From positions 22,637 through 86,636 of the forward strand of contig CAVRAP010000017.1 in the NCBI GenBank assembly GCA_963718995.1: DNA of 64,000 bases, written 5' to 3'. The DNA is from an uncultured Actinomycetota bacterium. GTDB lineage: Bacteria; Actinomycetota; Acidimicrobiia; Spongiisociales; UBA4744. A model generated the notes under the pieces. The model was not told where the DNA came from and did not search any database. It saw only the letters and a list, made by a program, of their open reading frames with translations. Numbering within the stretch: the first letter of the stretch is position 1; each line of letters starts with the position of its first letter. The position numbers and the translations under genes are program-made. Of this stretch, positions 10,701 through 19,517 are shown in pieces.

Positions 10701-10972
10701 GTGTCCCACCCGAATCGTCGTTCCACCCGATGGCCGCGCATCGTCCAATAGCGCGGAACGATGTCCTTGATGACTCCGGCCAGCAAGTTGCCGTAGTGGG
10801 GACTGCCCGTAACGAATGGGGGACCGTCGTAGAACGTGTACTCAGAGTCCTTCGGCCGCATTTCCACCGAACGTGCAAAAGCGTCGAGGCGGTCCCACAG
10901 TTCGAGAACCTGTTCTTCGAGGGCGGGGAACAAAACATTCGATTCTGCCCGGCGAAAGCTTCCTGATGTCAT
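7787..10972 (-). CDS. ileS: Isoleucine--tRNA ligase
   Basis: HIGH-type motif PHYGNLLAG and KMSKS motif RKMSKSLKNY, with editing and anticodon-binding regions. I place the start at the ATG at 10972 (MTSGSFRRAESNVLFPALEEQV), preceded by GAGGAG. The tracked ORF runs on to 11410 through the T-box leader. Confidence 0.93.
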   Translation of the reverse strand: MTSGSFRRAESNVLFPALEEQVLELWDRLDAFARSVEMRPKDSEYTFYDGPPFVTGSPHYGNLLAGVIKDIVPRYWTMRGHRVERRFGWDTHGLPIEMEVQKALGLSGPGEIKEFGIDRFNEACRAHVQTNTESWETITRRIGRWVDFENDYKTMDVDFMESVWWVFRRLWDKGLIYRDFKVLPYSWGASTPLSNFEANLDYRDIDDPAITVRLRVLQTHGPVREGDYLTIWTTTPWTLPGNLAVAVGEDILYSAIDVEGERHWIAANLGESLWPDANVARRATGRELVGAQYEPPFPYFEEERDRGAFRVISSSDVNTDEGTGLVHMAPAYGEADFYALTEAGLSVMLDPVDSEARFTDAVPDVAGMYVKDADAKLIEILKRRGSLVKRDQIRHSYPFCYRTGTPLIYKAIPTWFVAVEQFRDRMVELNEEIHWVPEYVGSRRFGNWLENARDWAISRNRYWGSCIPVWECQECDEQLCVGSIEELHGVSGVRLDDLHKHIVDAVTFPCTKCQGTMQRVPEVLDVWFESGSMPYAQIHYPFENEEAFKRRFPADFIAEGLDQTRGWFYTLLVLATGLFDDVPFQNCVVNGLILAEDGRKMSKSLKNYPDPNEILARHGADALRAYLINSPLLRAEPLRFTEDGVREVTRAVMLPLWNAYSFLTTYAEADGIARSDLAAAPPPEDRPEIDRWILSVLQSLISEVNNLMEGYYLYSVVPPMIGFIDHLTNWYIRRSRRRFWRTRSDDDSDKLAAFATLYEVLVTFSKVIAPVLPFVTEELYQRLVVEHRAVGEDGPLSVHHTDYPEPRPDLISTELESDMQWVRQVVALGRSLRVTHGLKVRQPLPSLTVLTPDEAVAEAVASHAWLITEELNVKEVLVGRDDTELVDLHIKADFKRLGPRLGSDVQKVAAALGQLDQKSVRQLADGGPVLVEGHEIGLDDVMVQRVPRAGMIVAAEGPLSVAIDTTVTPELEIEGMARELINRIQQTRRDLGLAVADRITLSWASDSPLIVSAFEAHADVIAAEVLAVAVEEDRPETGTILTIEGEDVTIGVFKSDDEAPG

Positions 10973-11275
10973 GGCGTCGGCTCCTCGGTCGCACTGGTCC
11001 CGGCCCGGGCCGGGGGTTTCCGGGACGGGCCCGATTGGGCTCGCGGTACCACCCGGCTTGCCGAAATGCCCAAGGGCGCTTCGACCGCTCATCGGCCCCA
11101 TACGGAGGGGAACCCGACAGGTTCTACTCCAGTGCATCTGCACCGGGCTCTTCCTGCAGCTCCAGGGTGATGTCGATCGGGGCAGAACGCCGGACTTGCA
11201 CCATCTACCGGCTCGCTTGGTTCGACCTGACCGATCGCACGTCCCTATCAACGCACCGGGCATCGTACCCCGCCG
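10973..11275 (-). promoter_or_regulatory. T-box riboswitch leader of ileS (Ile specifier)
   Basis: On the minus strand the invariant T-box sequence GGGTGGTACCGCG lies at 11054..11042. A candidate specifier AUC followed by A is at 11171..11168. A GC palindrome CCGGCCCGGGCCGG and the GAGGAG Shine-Dalgarno lie between the T-box and the ATG. The 5' boundary is uncertain. Confidence 0.75.
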
Positions 11276-11307
11276 GCGTCGGTCAACCAACCAATTAGCC
11301 TGGCGGC

Positions 11308-11631
11308 TTGATGGATGCCGAACCGCCAGCGAGCCCCGATTACCGAAGCGCCGTGTCTGCGAGTCCAGGGGGGTCATGGGTTGACGTCTGGGCCGTTCCC
11401 GGGGCGTCAAGAACTGAGATAACCGGCCTGCATGACGGCGCGCTACGTATCCGGGTCTCCTCCGTACCCGAGGGCGGCCAGGCCAATCGCGCCCTTGAGG
11501 ATGTTCTGACCGCCCTCACCGGGGCGCGTGTTGCGTTGGTCGGAGGACCAGGATCACGGCGAAAACGCTTTCTCGTCGAGGACATCACGCCGGACGAGTT
11601 GGTCCGGCTCATTTCAAAGCAAACCGACTGA
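11308..11631 (+). CDS. DUF167 (YggU) family protein
   Basis: 107 aa. WVDVWAVPGASRTEITGLHDGALRIRVSSVPEGGQANRAL matches the YggU-like pattern (PGA.. / ..P..G.AN.al). Start codon uncertain. Confidence 0.6.
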   Translation: MMDAEPPASPDYRSAVSASPGGSWVDVWAVPGASRTEITGLHDGALRIRVSSVPEGGQANRALEDVLTALTGARVALVGGPGSRRKRFLVEDITPDELVRLISKQTD

Positions 11632-11667
11632 TTCTGCTAAGTTCCTGCGCTCAGGAAGGAATGAGGT

Positions 11668-12042
11668 GTGATGTCGAGGCAATTGGCTCAATCGACCCTT
11701 GACAAGTTCCGTGCGGTTCTCGAGGAGGAGCAGGCTCGTTTGCGGGCGCTTCTGGAGGAACACGAGCTGGAGAGGGAAAACGCCCGCCTGGCTGAGACGG
11801 CTGCCGAACGGAGCCCTGATCCGACGAGCGCAGAGGGCGGCTCCATGGTGTTCGAGTATGAGAAGGACCTCTCAGTCGACGCTAACACCGAGGACCTCCT
11901 GCGCAAGGCCGAGAATGCTCTGGGACGGCTGGATGCGGGCGAGTACGGCGTCTGCGAATCGTGCGGAGTCGCGATCCCGATCGCCCGGCTCGAGGTGCTG
12001 CCGTATACGACGTTGTGTGTGGAGTGCGCGCAACGTCACTGA
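11668..12042 (+). CDS. TraR/DksA family C4 zinc-finger protein
   Basis: 124 aa. Coiled-coil N-terminus and CESCGVAIPIARLEVLPYTTLCVECAQ zinc finger. Immediately upstream of and overlapping lspA. Confidence 0.7.
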   Translation: MMSRQLAQSTLDKFRAVLEEEQARLRALLEEHELERENARLAETAAERSPDPTSAEGGSMVFEYEKDLSVDANTEDLLRKAENALGRLDAGEYGVCESCGVAIPIARLEVLPYTTLCVECAQRH

Positions 12043-12494
12043 GAGCCACCCGGCTCACGGCGCTTGGCATTGCCGCTGCCGTCGTTGCGGTCGATCAGCT
12101 GACCAAGGTATGGGCCCGCTCCGCGCTCGACGATTCCATCATCGAGCTGATCCCCGGTTTCCTGCGGCTGGCCCTGGCCGAGAATTCGGGCGCGGCGTTC
12201 GGGTTCTTCAAGGGTGGTGGAGAGATCATTGCCGTATTCGCCGTCGTGGCGGTTGGCGTCATCTTCTTTGCTTTTCGGGCCGTCGATCACCGGGCGGACC
12301 TGATCGGACTGGGGCTGGTACTCGGGGGGGCCGTCGGCAATCTCGTCGACCGGTTCACCCGCGGAGCCGGCCTACTCGATGGGCGAGTCACCGATTGGAT
12401 CGATCTCTGGTTCATCCCAAACTTCAACATCGCCGATGCATCCATAACGATTGGGGTGGCCTTGTTGTTGCTGGGTGCTCTGCGTAAACCGTGA
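12024..12494 (+). CDS. lspA: Lipoprotein signal peptidase (signal peptidase II)
   Basis: Motifs LALAENSGAAFGF, GGAVGNLVDR and DWIDLWFIPNFNIADASI. The tracked ORF starts at 11961 inside the upstream gene. GTG at 12024 (or 12015) is the more plausible start, but this is uncertain. Confidence 0.85.
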   Translation: MRATSLRATRLTALGIAAAVVAVDQLTKVWARSALDDSIIELIPGFLRLALAENSGAAFGFFKGGGEIIAVFAVVAVGVIFFAFRAVDHRADLIGLGLVLGGAVGNLVDRFTRGAGLLDGRVTDWIDLWFIPNFNIADASITIGVALLLLGALRKP

Positions 12495-12551
12495 GGCGGG
12501 AAGGTCCAACCGAAACCGACGGTCACAGCTCACCCACACCTCGAGGATCGC

Positions 12552-13466
12552 ATGGGTAGGACACAACACCAGGTCCCCGGCGACCTGGCCGGCGAGAGAG
12601 CGGACAAGATCGTTGCCGTGGTCGCCGGGCTCAGCCGGGCGGCCGCCCGCTCCCTGATCGACCAGGGTCTAGTGACCGTTGATGGCGCGCCGGTCGATCC
12701 GAAACACCGCCTCGTTGCCGGCATCGAACTGGACATCGAGGTTCCAGTCTTGCGAGGTTTGGAAGCCGAGGACATCCCGTTGACCGTCCTCTATGAGGAT
12801 GATCATGTGGCGGTGGTTGAAAAACCTGCCGGGTTGGTGGTCCACCCAGGTGCCGGTCGGGCCACCGGGACCATGGCCGCAGGTCTCCTGGCACGTTGGC
12901 CCCGGTTGGAGGGCGTTGGTCAGCAAGATCGGTGGGGCATCGTTCATCGCCTTGACCGGGAGGTTTCCGGCCTGCTCGTTGTTGCGTTGACCGATGTGGC
13001 ATATGAGGCGCTTGTCGCCGCCCTCGCCCGGCGCTCCGTGGCCAGGGACTACCTGGCCCTGGTATGGGGCGGGCTCGATGCGGCAACCGGCACCATTGAC
13101 GCTCCGATCGGTCGGGATGCGCGTTACCCATCTCGTATGGCCACCCAGGTTGAGGGGCGCCCTTCGCGCACGCATTACCGGCGGACGGCCTTCTGGTCCG
13201 GGGCCGGTCTATCGATGCTGGAAGTGAGTCTCGAAACCGGTCGAACCCATCAGATCAGGGTCCATCTTGCGTCGATCGGCCATCCCGTGGTTGGCGATCG
13301 TGTCTACGGCCGGCCCGGGCCGCCTGGTGTCGACCCTTTCCGGGTCTGGTTGCACGCAGCCCATCTCGGGTTCAACCATCCGATCACCGATCAGAAGATC
13401 TCCGTGGATTCACCGCTTCCCGCAGACCTGGCGGATTCATCTGCGCAGCTTGGACCGCCGGACTGA
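12552..13466 (+). CDS. rluD: RluA/RluD family pseudouridine synthase
   Basis: 304 aa. S4-like N-terminus, catalytic HRLDREVSGLLVVA, and GRTHQIRVHLASIGHPVVGD. Confidence 0.85.
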   Translation: MGRTQHQVPGDLAGERADKIVAVVAGLSRAAARSLIDQGLVTVDGAPVDPKHRLVAGIELDIEVPVLRGLEAEDIPLTVLYEDDHVAVVEKPAGLVVHPGAGRATGTMAAGLLARWPRLEGVGQQDRWGIVHRLDREVSGLLVVALTDVAYEALVAALARRSVARDYLALVWGGLDAATGTIDAPIGRDARYPSRMATQVEGRPSRTHYRRTAFWSGAGLSMLEVSLETGRTHQIRVHLASIGHPVVGDRVYGRPGPPGVDPFRVWLHAAHLGFNHPITDQKISVDSPLPADLADSSAQLGPPD

Positions 13467-13517
13467 GCACGTCTCCCTATGGCGAGTGCCCTGCTCAGCA
13501 GGACGACTCATGGTCGA

Positions 13518-14549
13518 CTAACCAAAGAAGGTCTGGGCGACGTCATAGGTGGCGGCGTCGACACCGCGAATGTCGGCGCACGCTTCGTCGAGTGGTACGG
13601 GAACGATATTCGGGCCTTTGGCGGCGACCATCACGCCGTGGGTTCCTGCCGCTGCGAGATCGGCTGCCATGACTCCCAATCTGGTACCAAGGACGCGATC
13701 GAAAGCGGTCGGTGTGCCCCCGCGCTGCAAATGGCCGAGCACGGTTACCCGGGTTTCGAAGCCGGTCAGTTCCTCGAGGATCGGAGCGATTTGATAGGCC
13801 ACGCCGCCCAGCCGTTTGAACCCGAAAGCGTCAACTTCGCGATGGATCGGATCGGCCGTAGGCGGCGGTTCAATGCCTTCCGCGACGACGACAACCGAAT
13901 ACGAATGCCCGTGCCGATGGCGAGAACGGATGACGTCGGCAACTTCGTTCAGGTCGTAAGGGATTTCAGGGATGAGGACGGCATCTGCCCCACCGGCGAT
14001 CCCCGCATAGGTGGCGATCCAGCCTTTGGTACGGCCCATCACCTCGACCAGCATGATCCGGTTGTGGGATTCCGCCGTCGTCGTGATTCGGTCGATAGCT
14101 TCGGTTGCGATCTCGAGCGCAGTATCGAACCCGAACGTCCAGTCGGTGGCGGCGATGTCGTTGTCGATGGTCTTCGGCACTCCGACCACCTTCAATCCTT
14201 CTTTGGCAAGCTTCTGCGCAGTCAGCAAGGTTCCGTCGCCACCGATGACAACCAGTGAGTCGATGCCATTTCGTTCGATGGTCTTGCGAACGCTCTCGTA
14301 CCCGTCGCCGTGAACGTAGGGATCCATGCGGGAAGTGCCGAGGATCGTCCCACCGCGGGCCAGAATCCCCCGCACCGAATCGCGGTCGAGAGAGCGGGTC
14401 CGTCCCTGCATCAGCCCTTCCCACCCATTCAGGACCCCGACCACCTCGGCTCCGTGACGCTCTGTCGCGCGGGTGACGACAGCACGTATCACCGCATTGA
14501 GTCCGGGACAGTCGCCGCCGGCCGTAAGCACTCCGATTACTTCGCTCAT
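13518..14549 (-). CDS. pfkA: 6-phosphofructokinase, predicted ATP-dependent (GGDG type)
   Basis: 343 aa. GVLTAGGDCPGLNAVIRAVV, VIGGDGTLLTA, VGVPKTIDNDI, MGRTKGWIA. Confidence 0.85.
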   Translation of the reverse strand: MSEVIGVLTAGGDCPGLNAVIRAVVTRATERHGAEVVGVLNGWEGLMQGRTRSLDRDSVRGILARGGTILGTSRMDPYVHGDGYESVRKTIERNGIDSLVVIGGDGTLLTAQKLAKEGLKVVGVPKTIDNDIAATDWTFGFDTALEIATEAIDRITTTAESHNRIMLVEVMGRTKGWIATYAGIAGGADAVLIPEIPYDLNEVADVIRSRHRHGHSYSVVVVAEGIEPPPTADPIHREVDAFGFKRLGGVAYQIAPILEELTGFETRVTVLGHLQRGGTPTAFDRVLGTRLGVMAADLAAAGTHGVMVAAKGPNIVPVPLDEACADIRGVDAATYDVAQTFFG

Positions 14550-14560
14550 GGTTGGGGCTC

Positions 14561-15709
14561 CTAGTAGAGGAACATAGGCTTGCCCGTTACGTGGCGGACC
14601 TTGGCCTGGTAGTTGTCGGCGTCGTACAGTTCGGTGACGTCGACGCGCTTGACGCCTTCCTTCGTGACCGAGATCGGAACGTTCGTGTAGGTGCCACCCC
14701 GTAGCGCAACCATGCGCCCCGTTGAGCCCTCCATGGCCAGATCGGCCGCCATGACGGCGTAGTTGATCGCGACCATCAGGTCGAGGGAGTCCGGGCTGCC
14801 CGATCGCATCAGATAGGCCACCTGCTGATCGATGATGCCGATGCCAGTCTTTTCCTTCAGCATTTCGCCGGTGATCGTCCCGACGCCGCCGAGTTTGCGA
14901 TGACCGTACGCGTCGGGTTCCCCTGATTCGATGATCTCACCGCCAATGATGCTGGCACCTTCAGAAATGGCAACCATCGCATAGTTGCTCGGATTGTTGT
15001 TCCGGTCGCGGACCACCATCTCCGCCAGTCTGTCGATATCGAAGGGCACTTCTGAGATCAAGACGCGGTCGACGCCGGCCAGGTAGGCGGTGACGAGCGC
15101 CGTCTCGCCGCTGTTCCTTCCAAAAAGTTCAACGACCGCGATCCGTTCGTGCGAGCCGGTGCTGGTACGAAGGTTGGTGATGAAGTCAACGCCGCGGGTA
15201 ACCGCCGTCGAGAAGCCAATGCAGTATTCGGTCCCATGAACATCGTTGTCCATAGTCTTAGGAACCGCGATGACCGGCACGCCCTCTTCATGCATCCGCA
15301 TTCCGTAGGACAGGGTGTCGTCCCCGCCGATCGGGATCAGCACGTCGATGTTCTGGTCGTCCAGGACTGCTTTGATATGCTCGGTGAAGTCGAAGGGGCC
15401 GTCGCCGATGGCTTGTTCGGCGAGGAAGTCGGGAACGTCTTTGGGGCGCACCCGCTGAGGGTTCGCTCGCGACGTGTGCAGCATGGTGCCGCCCGTACGA
15501 TCGATCGTTCGAACAATTTGCGGGTCGAGGGGTCGAAAATTGCGAGCGGCCGACCCCGGGTCGTCCGGGTTGTGATGCAACAGGCCGGACCAGCCGCGCC
15601 GGATGCCGACGACCTCGTGGCCCTCCTCCGCGACCCGGTTGACGACGGCCTTGATGCATGGGTTGAGGCCCGGTACATCTCCTCCGCCCGTCAGGATTCC
15701 TATCCGCAT
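14561..15709 (-). CDS. Phosphofructokinase paralog, predicted pyrophosphate-dependent (GGDD type)
   Basis: Start placed at the ATG at 15709 ([23 protein letters not shown]), preceded by GGAGAG; the tracked ORF extends to 15772. Motifs [11 protein letters not shown] and [10 protein letters not shown]. About 382 aa. Confidence 0.75.
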   Translation of the reverse strand: MRIGILTGGGDVPGLNPCIKAVVNRVAEEGHEVVGIRRGWSGLLHHNPDDPGSAARNFRPLDPQIVRTIDRTGGTMLHTSRANPQRVRPKDVPDFLAEQAIGDGPFDFTEHIKAVLDDQNIDVLIPIGGDDTLSYGMRMHEEGVPVIAVPKTMDNDVHGTEYCIGFSTAVTRGVDFITNLRTSTGSHERIAVVELFGRNSGETALVTAYLAGVDRVLISEVPFDIDRLAEMVVRDRNNNPSNYAMVAISEGASIIGGEIIESGEPDAYGHRKLGGVGTITGEMLKEKTGIGIIDQQVAYLMRSGSPDSLDLMVAINYAVMAADLAMEGSTGRMVALRGGTYTNVPISVTKEGVKRVDVTELYDADNYQAKVRHVTGKPMFLY

Positions 15710-15935
15710 GGTGACTCTCCTCGTTCGCGGCCAGAAAGAGCGCTTCTTTGCCCTCCCGGTGTCGAATCGCATGCCTGCAACCAGGCATTCGACCGTTCAG
15801 ACCGAACGATACTAGTGCTGGAACCAGCGGCCGGTCACAGGGCCGTCGAAGCTGCCGTCCTGGCACGGAGGAGATGAAGCGCGCCTGGTATGGTACGAAT
15901 CCCAGCAGTGTAATTCTCGAGGAGATCCAACAACG

Positions 15936-18900
15936 GTGGTTTCGGACAGCTTCGCGCACCTCCATCTCCACACCGAATTCTCGATGCTCGACGGGGCGGC
16001 ACGCGTCCGGGACGTCGTTGAGGCCGCCCACCAGGACGGACAACCGGCGGTGGCCATCACCGACCACGGTGTCCTGTACGGCGCAGTCGACTTCTACAAA
16101 GCTGCCGCCGACGTGGGTATCAAACCAATTATCGGGGTAGAGGCTTACGTGACCCCTGGATCTCGGTTCGATCGGCCCCCGCGCAGTCAGAATGTTCGTC
16201 ACCACGTGACGCTGCTTGCTGAGAACGAAACCGGTTACCGCAACCTGATCAAGTTGGTGAGTCGTGCCTACCTGGAGGGGTACTACTACAAGCCGCGCAT
16301 GGACCTCGAACTCCTCGCGGAACACGCCGAAGGCATCATCGCTGCATCCGGCTGCCTGGGCGGACCGGTCGCGCAACTGCTGGCGCCGGACGCCTCCCGG
16401 GAGGAAGGCAACGAGGGCCAGATCCGCGACTTCGAGGCGGCGTTGCGGACTGCCGCCAACTATCAAGATATCTTCGGTCGGGACAACTTCTTCATCGAAC
16501 TGCAGGATCACGGGCTCGAGCCCCAGAAGCGGATTCTTCCCGACCTCGTTGAGATAGCGAAACAACTAGACGCTCCCCTCCTCGCCACCAACGATTCCCA
16601 CTACACCTATCAGAACGAGGCGGAGGCGCATGACGTCCTGCTCTGCATCCAGACCGGGTCGACCATCGATGAGCCGAACAGGTTCAAGTTCGATGGGCGG
16701 GAGTTCTACCTGAAGAGTGCCAGGGAGATGCGGGCGCTCTTCCCGGACGATCGCTTCCCGGCGGCGTGCGACAACACGCTCTGGGTCGCGGAACGAGCCG
16801 ATGTCAAGCTCGAATTCGGGAAGATGCTGCTTCCGCATTTCCCTGTTCCGGAGGGGAAAACAGAGTCGTCGTACCTTCGAGAGCTGGTTATCGATGGTGC
16901 CCATCGCCGATACGGGGAATCATTCGCACCGGAGATCACCGATCGCATCGAGCACGAGTTGCGCATCGTGGACGAGATGGGCTTCCCCGCCTACTTCTTG
17001 ATCGTGTGGGATCTCATTCGTTATGCGCGTGAACACAAAATCAGGACCGGGCCGGGCCGGGGAAGTGCCGCCGGTTCGATCATTGCCTACTCCCTCCAGA
17101 TCACTGATCTTGATCCGCTCGAATATGGCCTGATCTTCGAGCGCTTCTTGAATCCGGGCAGGCGCGAGATGCCCGATATCGACATGGACTTCGATGAGCG
17201 CTACCGCTCCGATGTGATCCGCTACGCCAGTGAACGCTACGGAACCGATCACGTCGCCCAGATTGTGACTTTCTCCACCATCAAGGGTCGCCAGGCCATC
17301 CGCGATTCGGCCCGGGTACTCGGCTATCCGTACGGTCTCGGCGACCGCGTTGCGAAAATGATGCCGCCGCCCATTCTCGGGAACGAGGCGAACCTCAATC
17401 AGTGTCTCGTCGATCCGGGACCCGGTGCCGATCAGGCGATCAGGGACTTTCATTCGAATGCCGCCCCACTCCGCGAAGCCTATGCCTCCGACCCGGACGT
17501 CCAACGGGTGGTTGACACGGCCCGCGGACTGGAAGGACTGCGCCGCCAGGATGGTATTCATGCCGCCGCGGTTGTCATTTCGGCCGAGCCCCTCACGGAC
17601 ATCGTTCCGATCCAGCGGAAAGGGGAAGGGGCTGAGATCGTCACGCAATATGAAATGCACGGAATCGAAGCCCTTGGCCTGCTCAAAATGGATTTTCTGG
17701 GGCTTCGCAATCTGTCCACCATTGAGCGAGCGGTCGAGTTGATCCAGGAGTCCCGGGGTGAGTCGGTCGACGTGGATCACATCCCGCTCGACGACCCTGT
17801 CACGTTCGAGATGCTCAGACGAGGCGACACCATCGGGGTGTTCCAGCTCGAAGGCACCGCCATGCGGTCCTTGATCCGCAGTCTGGAACCGGAGAGCTTC
17901 GACGACATCATCGCCGTGAATGCGCTTTTCCGCCCCGGCCCGATGGGGCAGAACATGCACTATGAGTATGCCGATCGAAAGAACGCCAGGAAAAAGGTCG
18001 AATACCCCCATCCGGCCACGGTTCCGTTCCTCGAAGCTACCTACGGCATCATCGTGTACCAGGAACAGGTCATGCAGGTAGCTCGAGAACTCGCCGGGTA
18101 CTCGATGGCCGAGGCCGACACCCTTCGCAAGGCTATGGGCAAGAAGGTCAGGGCCATCATGGACCAAGAGCGGGAGAAGTTCGTGGCGGGTTGTATCGCC
18201 CAGGGCCACGACGCGAAGCTCGGCAAGGAACTGTGGGACGCCGTCGAACCGTTCGCCGGATACGGATTCAACAAGAGCCACTCGGCCGCCTACGGGTACG
18301 TCGCCTATCAAACCGCCTGGCTCAAAGCCAACTTCCCGCCCGAGTACATGGCGGCGTTACTCACATCGACCAAACGTGACAAGGATCGGACGGCGATCTA
18401 CCTCAACGAATGTCGGACCACCGGCATCAAAGTGCTGGTTCCGGACGTCGACAAATCCGACATGGATTTCACCGTTCGCGATGGAGCAATCACATTCGGG
18501 TTGTCGGCCATTCGGAACGTGGGGGAGGGGGTCGTCGAGAAGATCATCGAAGCGCGTCGAGAAAGCGGTCCCTACGCCTCCTTCCAGGATTTTGTGAACC
18601 GGGTCGATCCAGCAGCCCTGAACAAACGCACCATTGAGTCGCTCATCAAGGCAGGCGCATTTGACGCATTTGTGCCTGCTCGACGGGGACTGCTCCTCGT
18701 GTACGAGCAGATCCTCGACGCAACCCTCAGCCGGAGACGGAACGAGGACATGGGTCAGTACAGCCTGTTCGGGTCAGAGAACGGAGGCGAAGCCACGGAG
18801 GATGTCGAAATCCCGGAGCTGACCTGGGACAAGCGAACCCGACTTGCCTTCGAGAAGGAGATGCTCGGCCTCTATGTCTCCGATCATCCGCTGTTTGGGG

Positions 18901-19445
18901 TGGAGCACGCCCTTCGCCAGGCTGTCACGACCAGCATTGCGGCCTTGAGCGACCAGACAGACGGTTCGACCGTGACCATCGGCGGCCTGGTCGGATCGAT
19001 CACGCGGCGATTCACCCGGAAGGGCGATCCGATGCTCTTCTTCCATCTCGAGGATCTCGAAGGATCGGTTGAGGTAGTCGCCTTCCCGAAGGTGGTCATG
19101 GCCACCGGGGCGATGGTCCGAGAGGACGCGATCGTGATCATCACCGGCCGGGTCGACAACCGCGGCGATGACGTGAAGATCATTGCGAAGGAGGTCCGCG
19201 AACCGGAACTACGAAGTGACAGCGCGGTGCGGCTCGAGGTTCCCGCGACCCTCCTCTCGCCGAACATGGTTGAACGGTTGAAGGAGATTCTGGTCAACCA
19301 TCCCGGAACCTCTCCGGTCTATCTGCACATGACCTCGGCAACGGGCCACAAAGTCTGGAAACTGTCCAACGAACACCGGGTGGAGCCCCGGTCGGCGTTG
19401 TACGCGGAACTCCGTGAGCTCCTCGGCCAAAAAGCGGTTGTGTAG
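15936..19445 (+). CDS. dnaE: DNA polymerase III alpha subunit
   Basis: 1169 aa, GTG start. PHP domain HLHLHTEFSMLDGA, polymerase core (GLLKMDFLGLRNL), and a C-terminal OB region. Confidence 0.95.
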   Translation: MVSDSFAHLHLHTEFSMLDGAARVRDVVEAAHQDGQPAVAITDHGVLYGAVDFYKAAADVGIKPIIGVEAYVTPGSRFDRPPRSQNVRHHVTLLAENETGYRNLIKLVSRAYLEGYYYKPRMDLELLAEHAEGIIAASGCLGGPVAQLLAPDASREEGNEGQIRDFEAALRTAANYQDIFGRDNFFIELQDHGLEPQKRILPDLVEIAKQLDAPLLATNDSHYTYQNEAEAHDVLLCIQTGSTIDEPNRFKFDGREFYLKSAREMRALFPDDRFPAACDNTLWVAERADVKLEFGKMLLPHFPVPEGKTESSYLRELVIDGAHRRYGESFAPEITDRIEHELRIVDEMGFPAYFLIVWDLIRYAREHKIRTGPGRGSAAGSIIAYSLQITDLDPLEYGLIFERFLNPGRREMPDIDMDFDERYRSDVIRYASERYGTDHVAQIVTFSTIKGRQAIRDSARVLGYPYGLGDRVAKMMPPPILGNEANLNQCLVDPGPGADQAIRDFHSNAAPLREAYASDPDVQRVVDTARGLEGLRRQDGIHAAAVVISAEPLTDIVPIQRKGEGAEIVTQYEMHGIEALGLLKMDFLGLRNLSTIERAVELIQESRGESVDVDHIPLDDPVTFEMLRRGDTIGVFQLEGTAMRSLIRSLEPESFDDIIAVNALFRPGPMGQNMHYEYADRKNARKKVEYPHPATVPFLEATYGIIVYQEQVMQVARELAGYSMAEADTLRKAMGKKVRAIMDQEREKFVAGCIAQGHDAKLGKELWDAVEPFAGYGFNKSHSAAYGYVAYQTAWLKANFPPEYMAALLTSTKRDKDRTAIYLNECRTTGIKVLVPDVDKSDMDFTVRDGAITFGLSAIRNVGEGVVEKIIEARRESGPYASFQDFVNRVDPAALNKRTIESLIKAGAFDAFVPARRGLLLVYEQILDATLSRRRNEDMGQYSLFGSENGGEATEDVEIPELTWDKRTRLAFEKEMLGLYVSDHPLFGVEHALRQAVTTSIAALSDQTDGSTVTIGGLVGSITRRFTRKGDPMLFFHLEDLEGSVEVVAFPKVVMATGAMVREDAIVIITGRVDNRGDDVKIIAKEVREPELRSDSAVRLEVPATLLSPNMVERLKEILVNHPGTSPVYLHMTSATGHKVWKLSNEHRVEPRSALYAELRELLGQKAVV

Positions 19446-19517
19446 GCGTTCTTGCCCTCAGCTAGCAACGTGAGCGAATCGGGGGAGGGGGTCCTTTCCG
19501 ATCAGCTGCGGCCCTGC

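Noticed and set aside
10973-11410. 146-codon N-terminal extension of the ileS ORF
   Set aside because: The region contains the T-box motif and leader structure. The translation is Arg/Pro/Ser-rich. The homologous IleS N-terminus starts at the ATG at 10972, which has its own GAGGAG.
16920-18311. 463-aa ORF on the minus strand inside dnaE
   Set aside because: It is entirely antisense to a clearly homologous DnaE coding region. The translation is Arg/Gly/Asp-rich with no recognisable motif. This is a typical shadow ORF of GC-rich DNA. The same reasoning applies to 2862..3743(-), 5578..6447(-), 9470..10417(+), 15288..16565(-), 39698..40630(-), 46082..47056(-), 47695..48723(-), 48762..50054(-) and 61649..62941(-).
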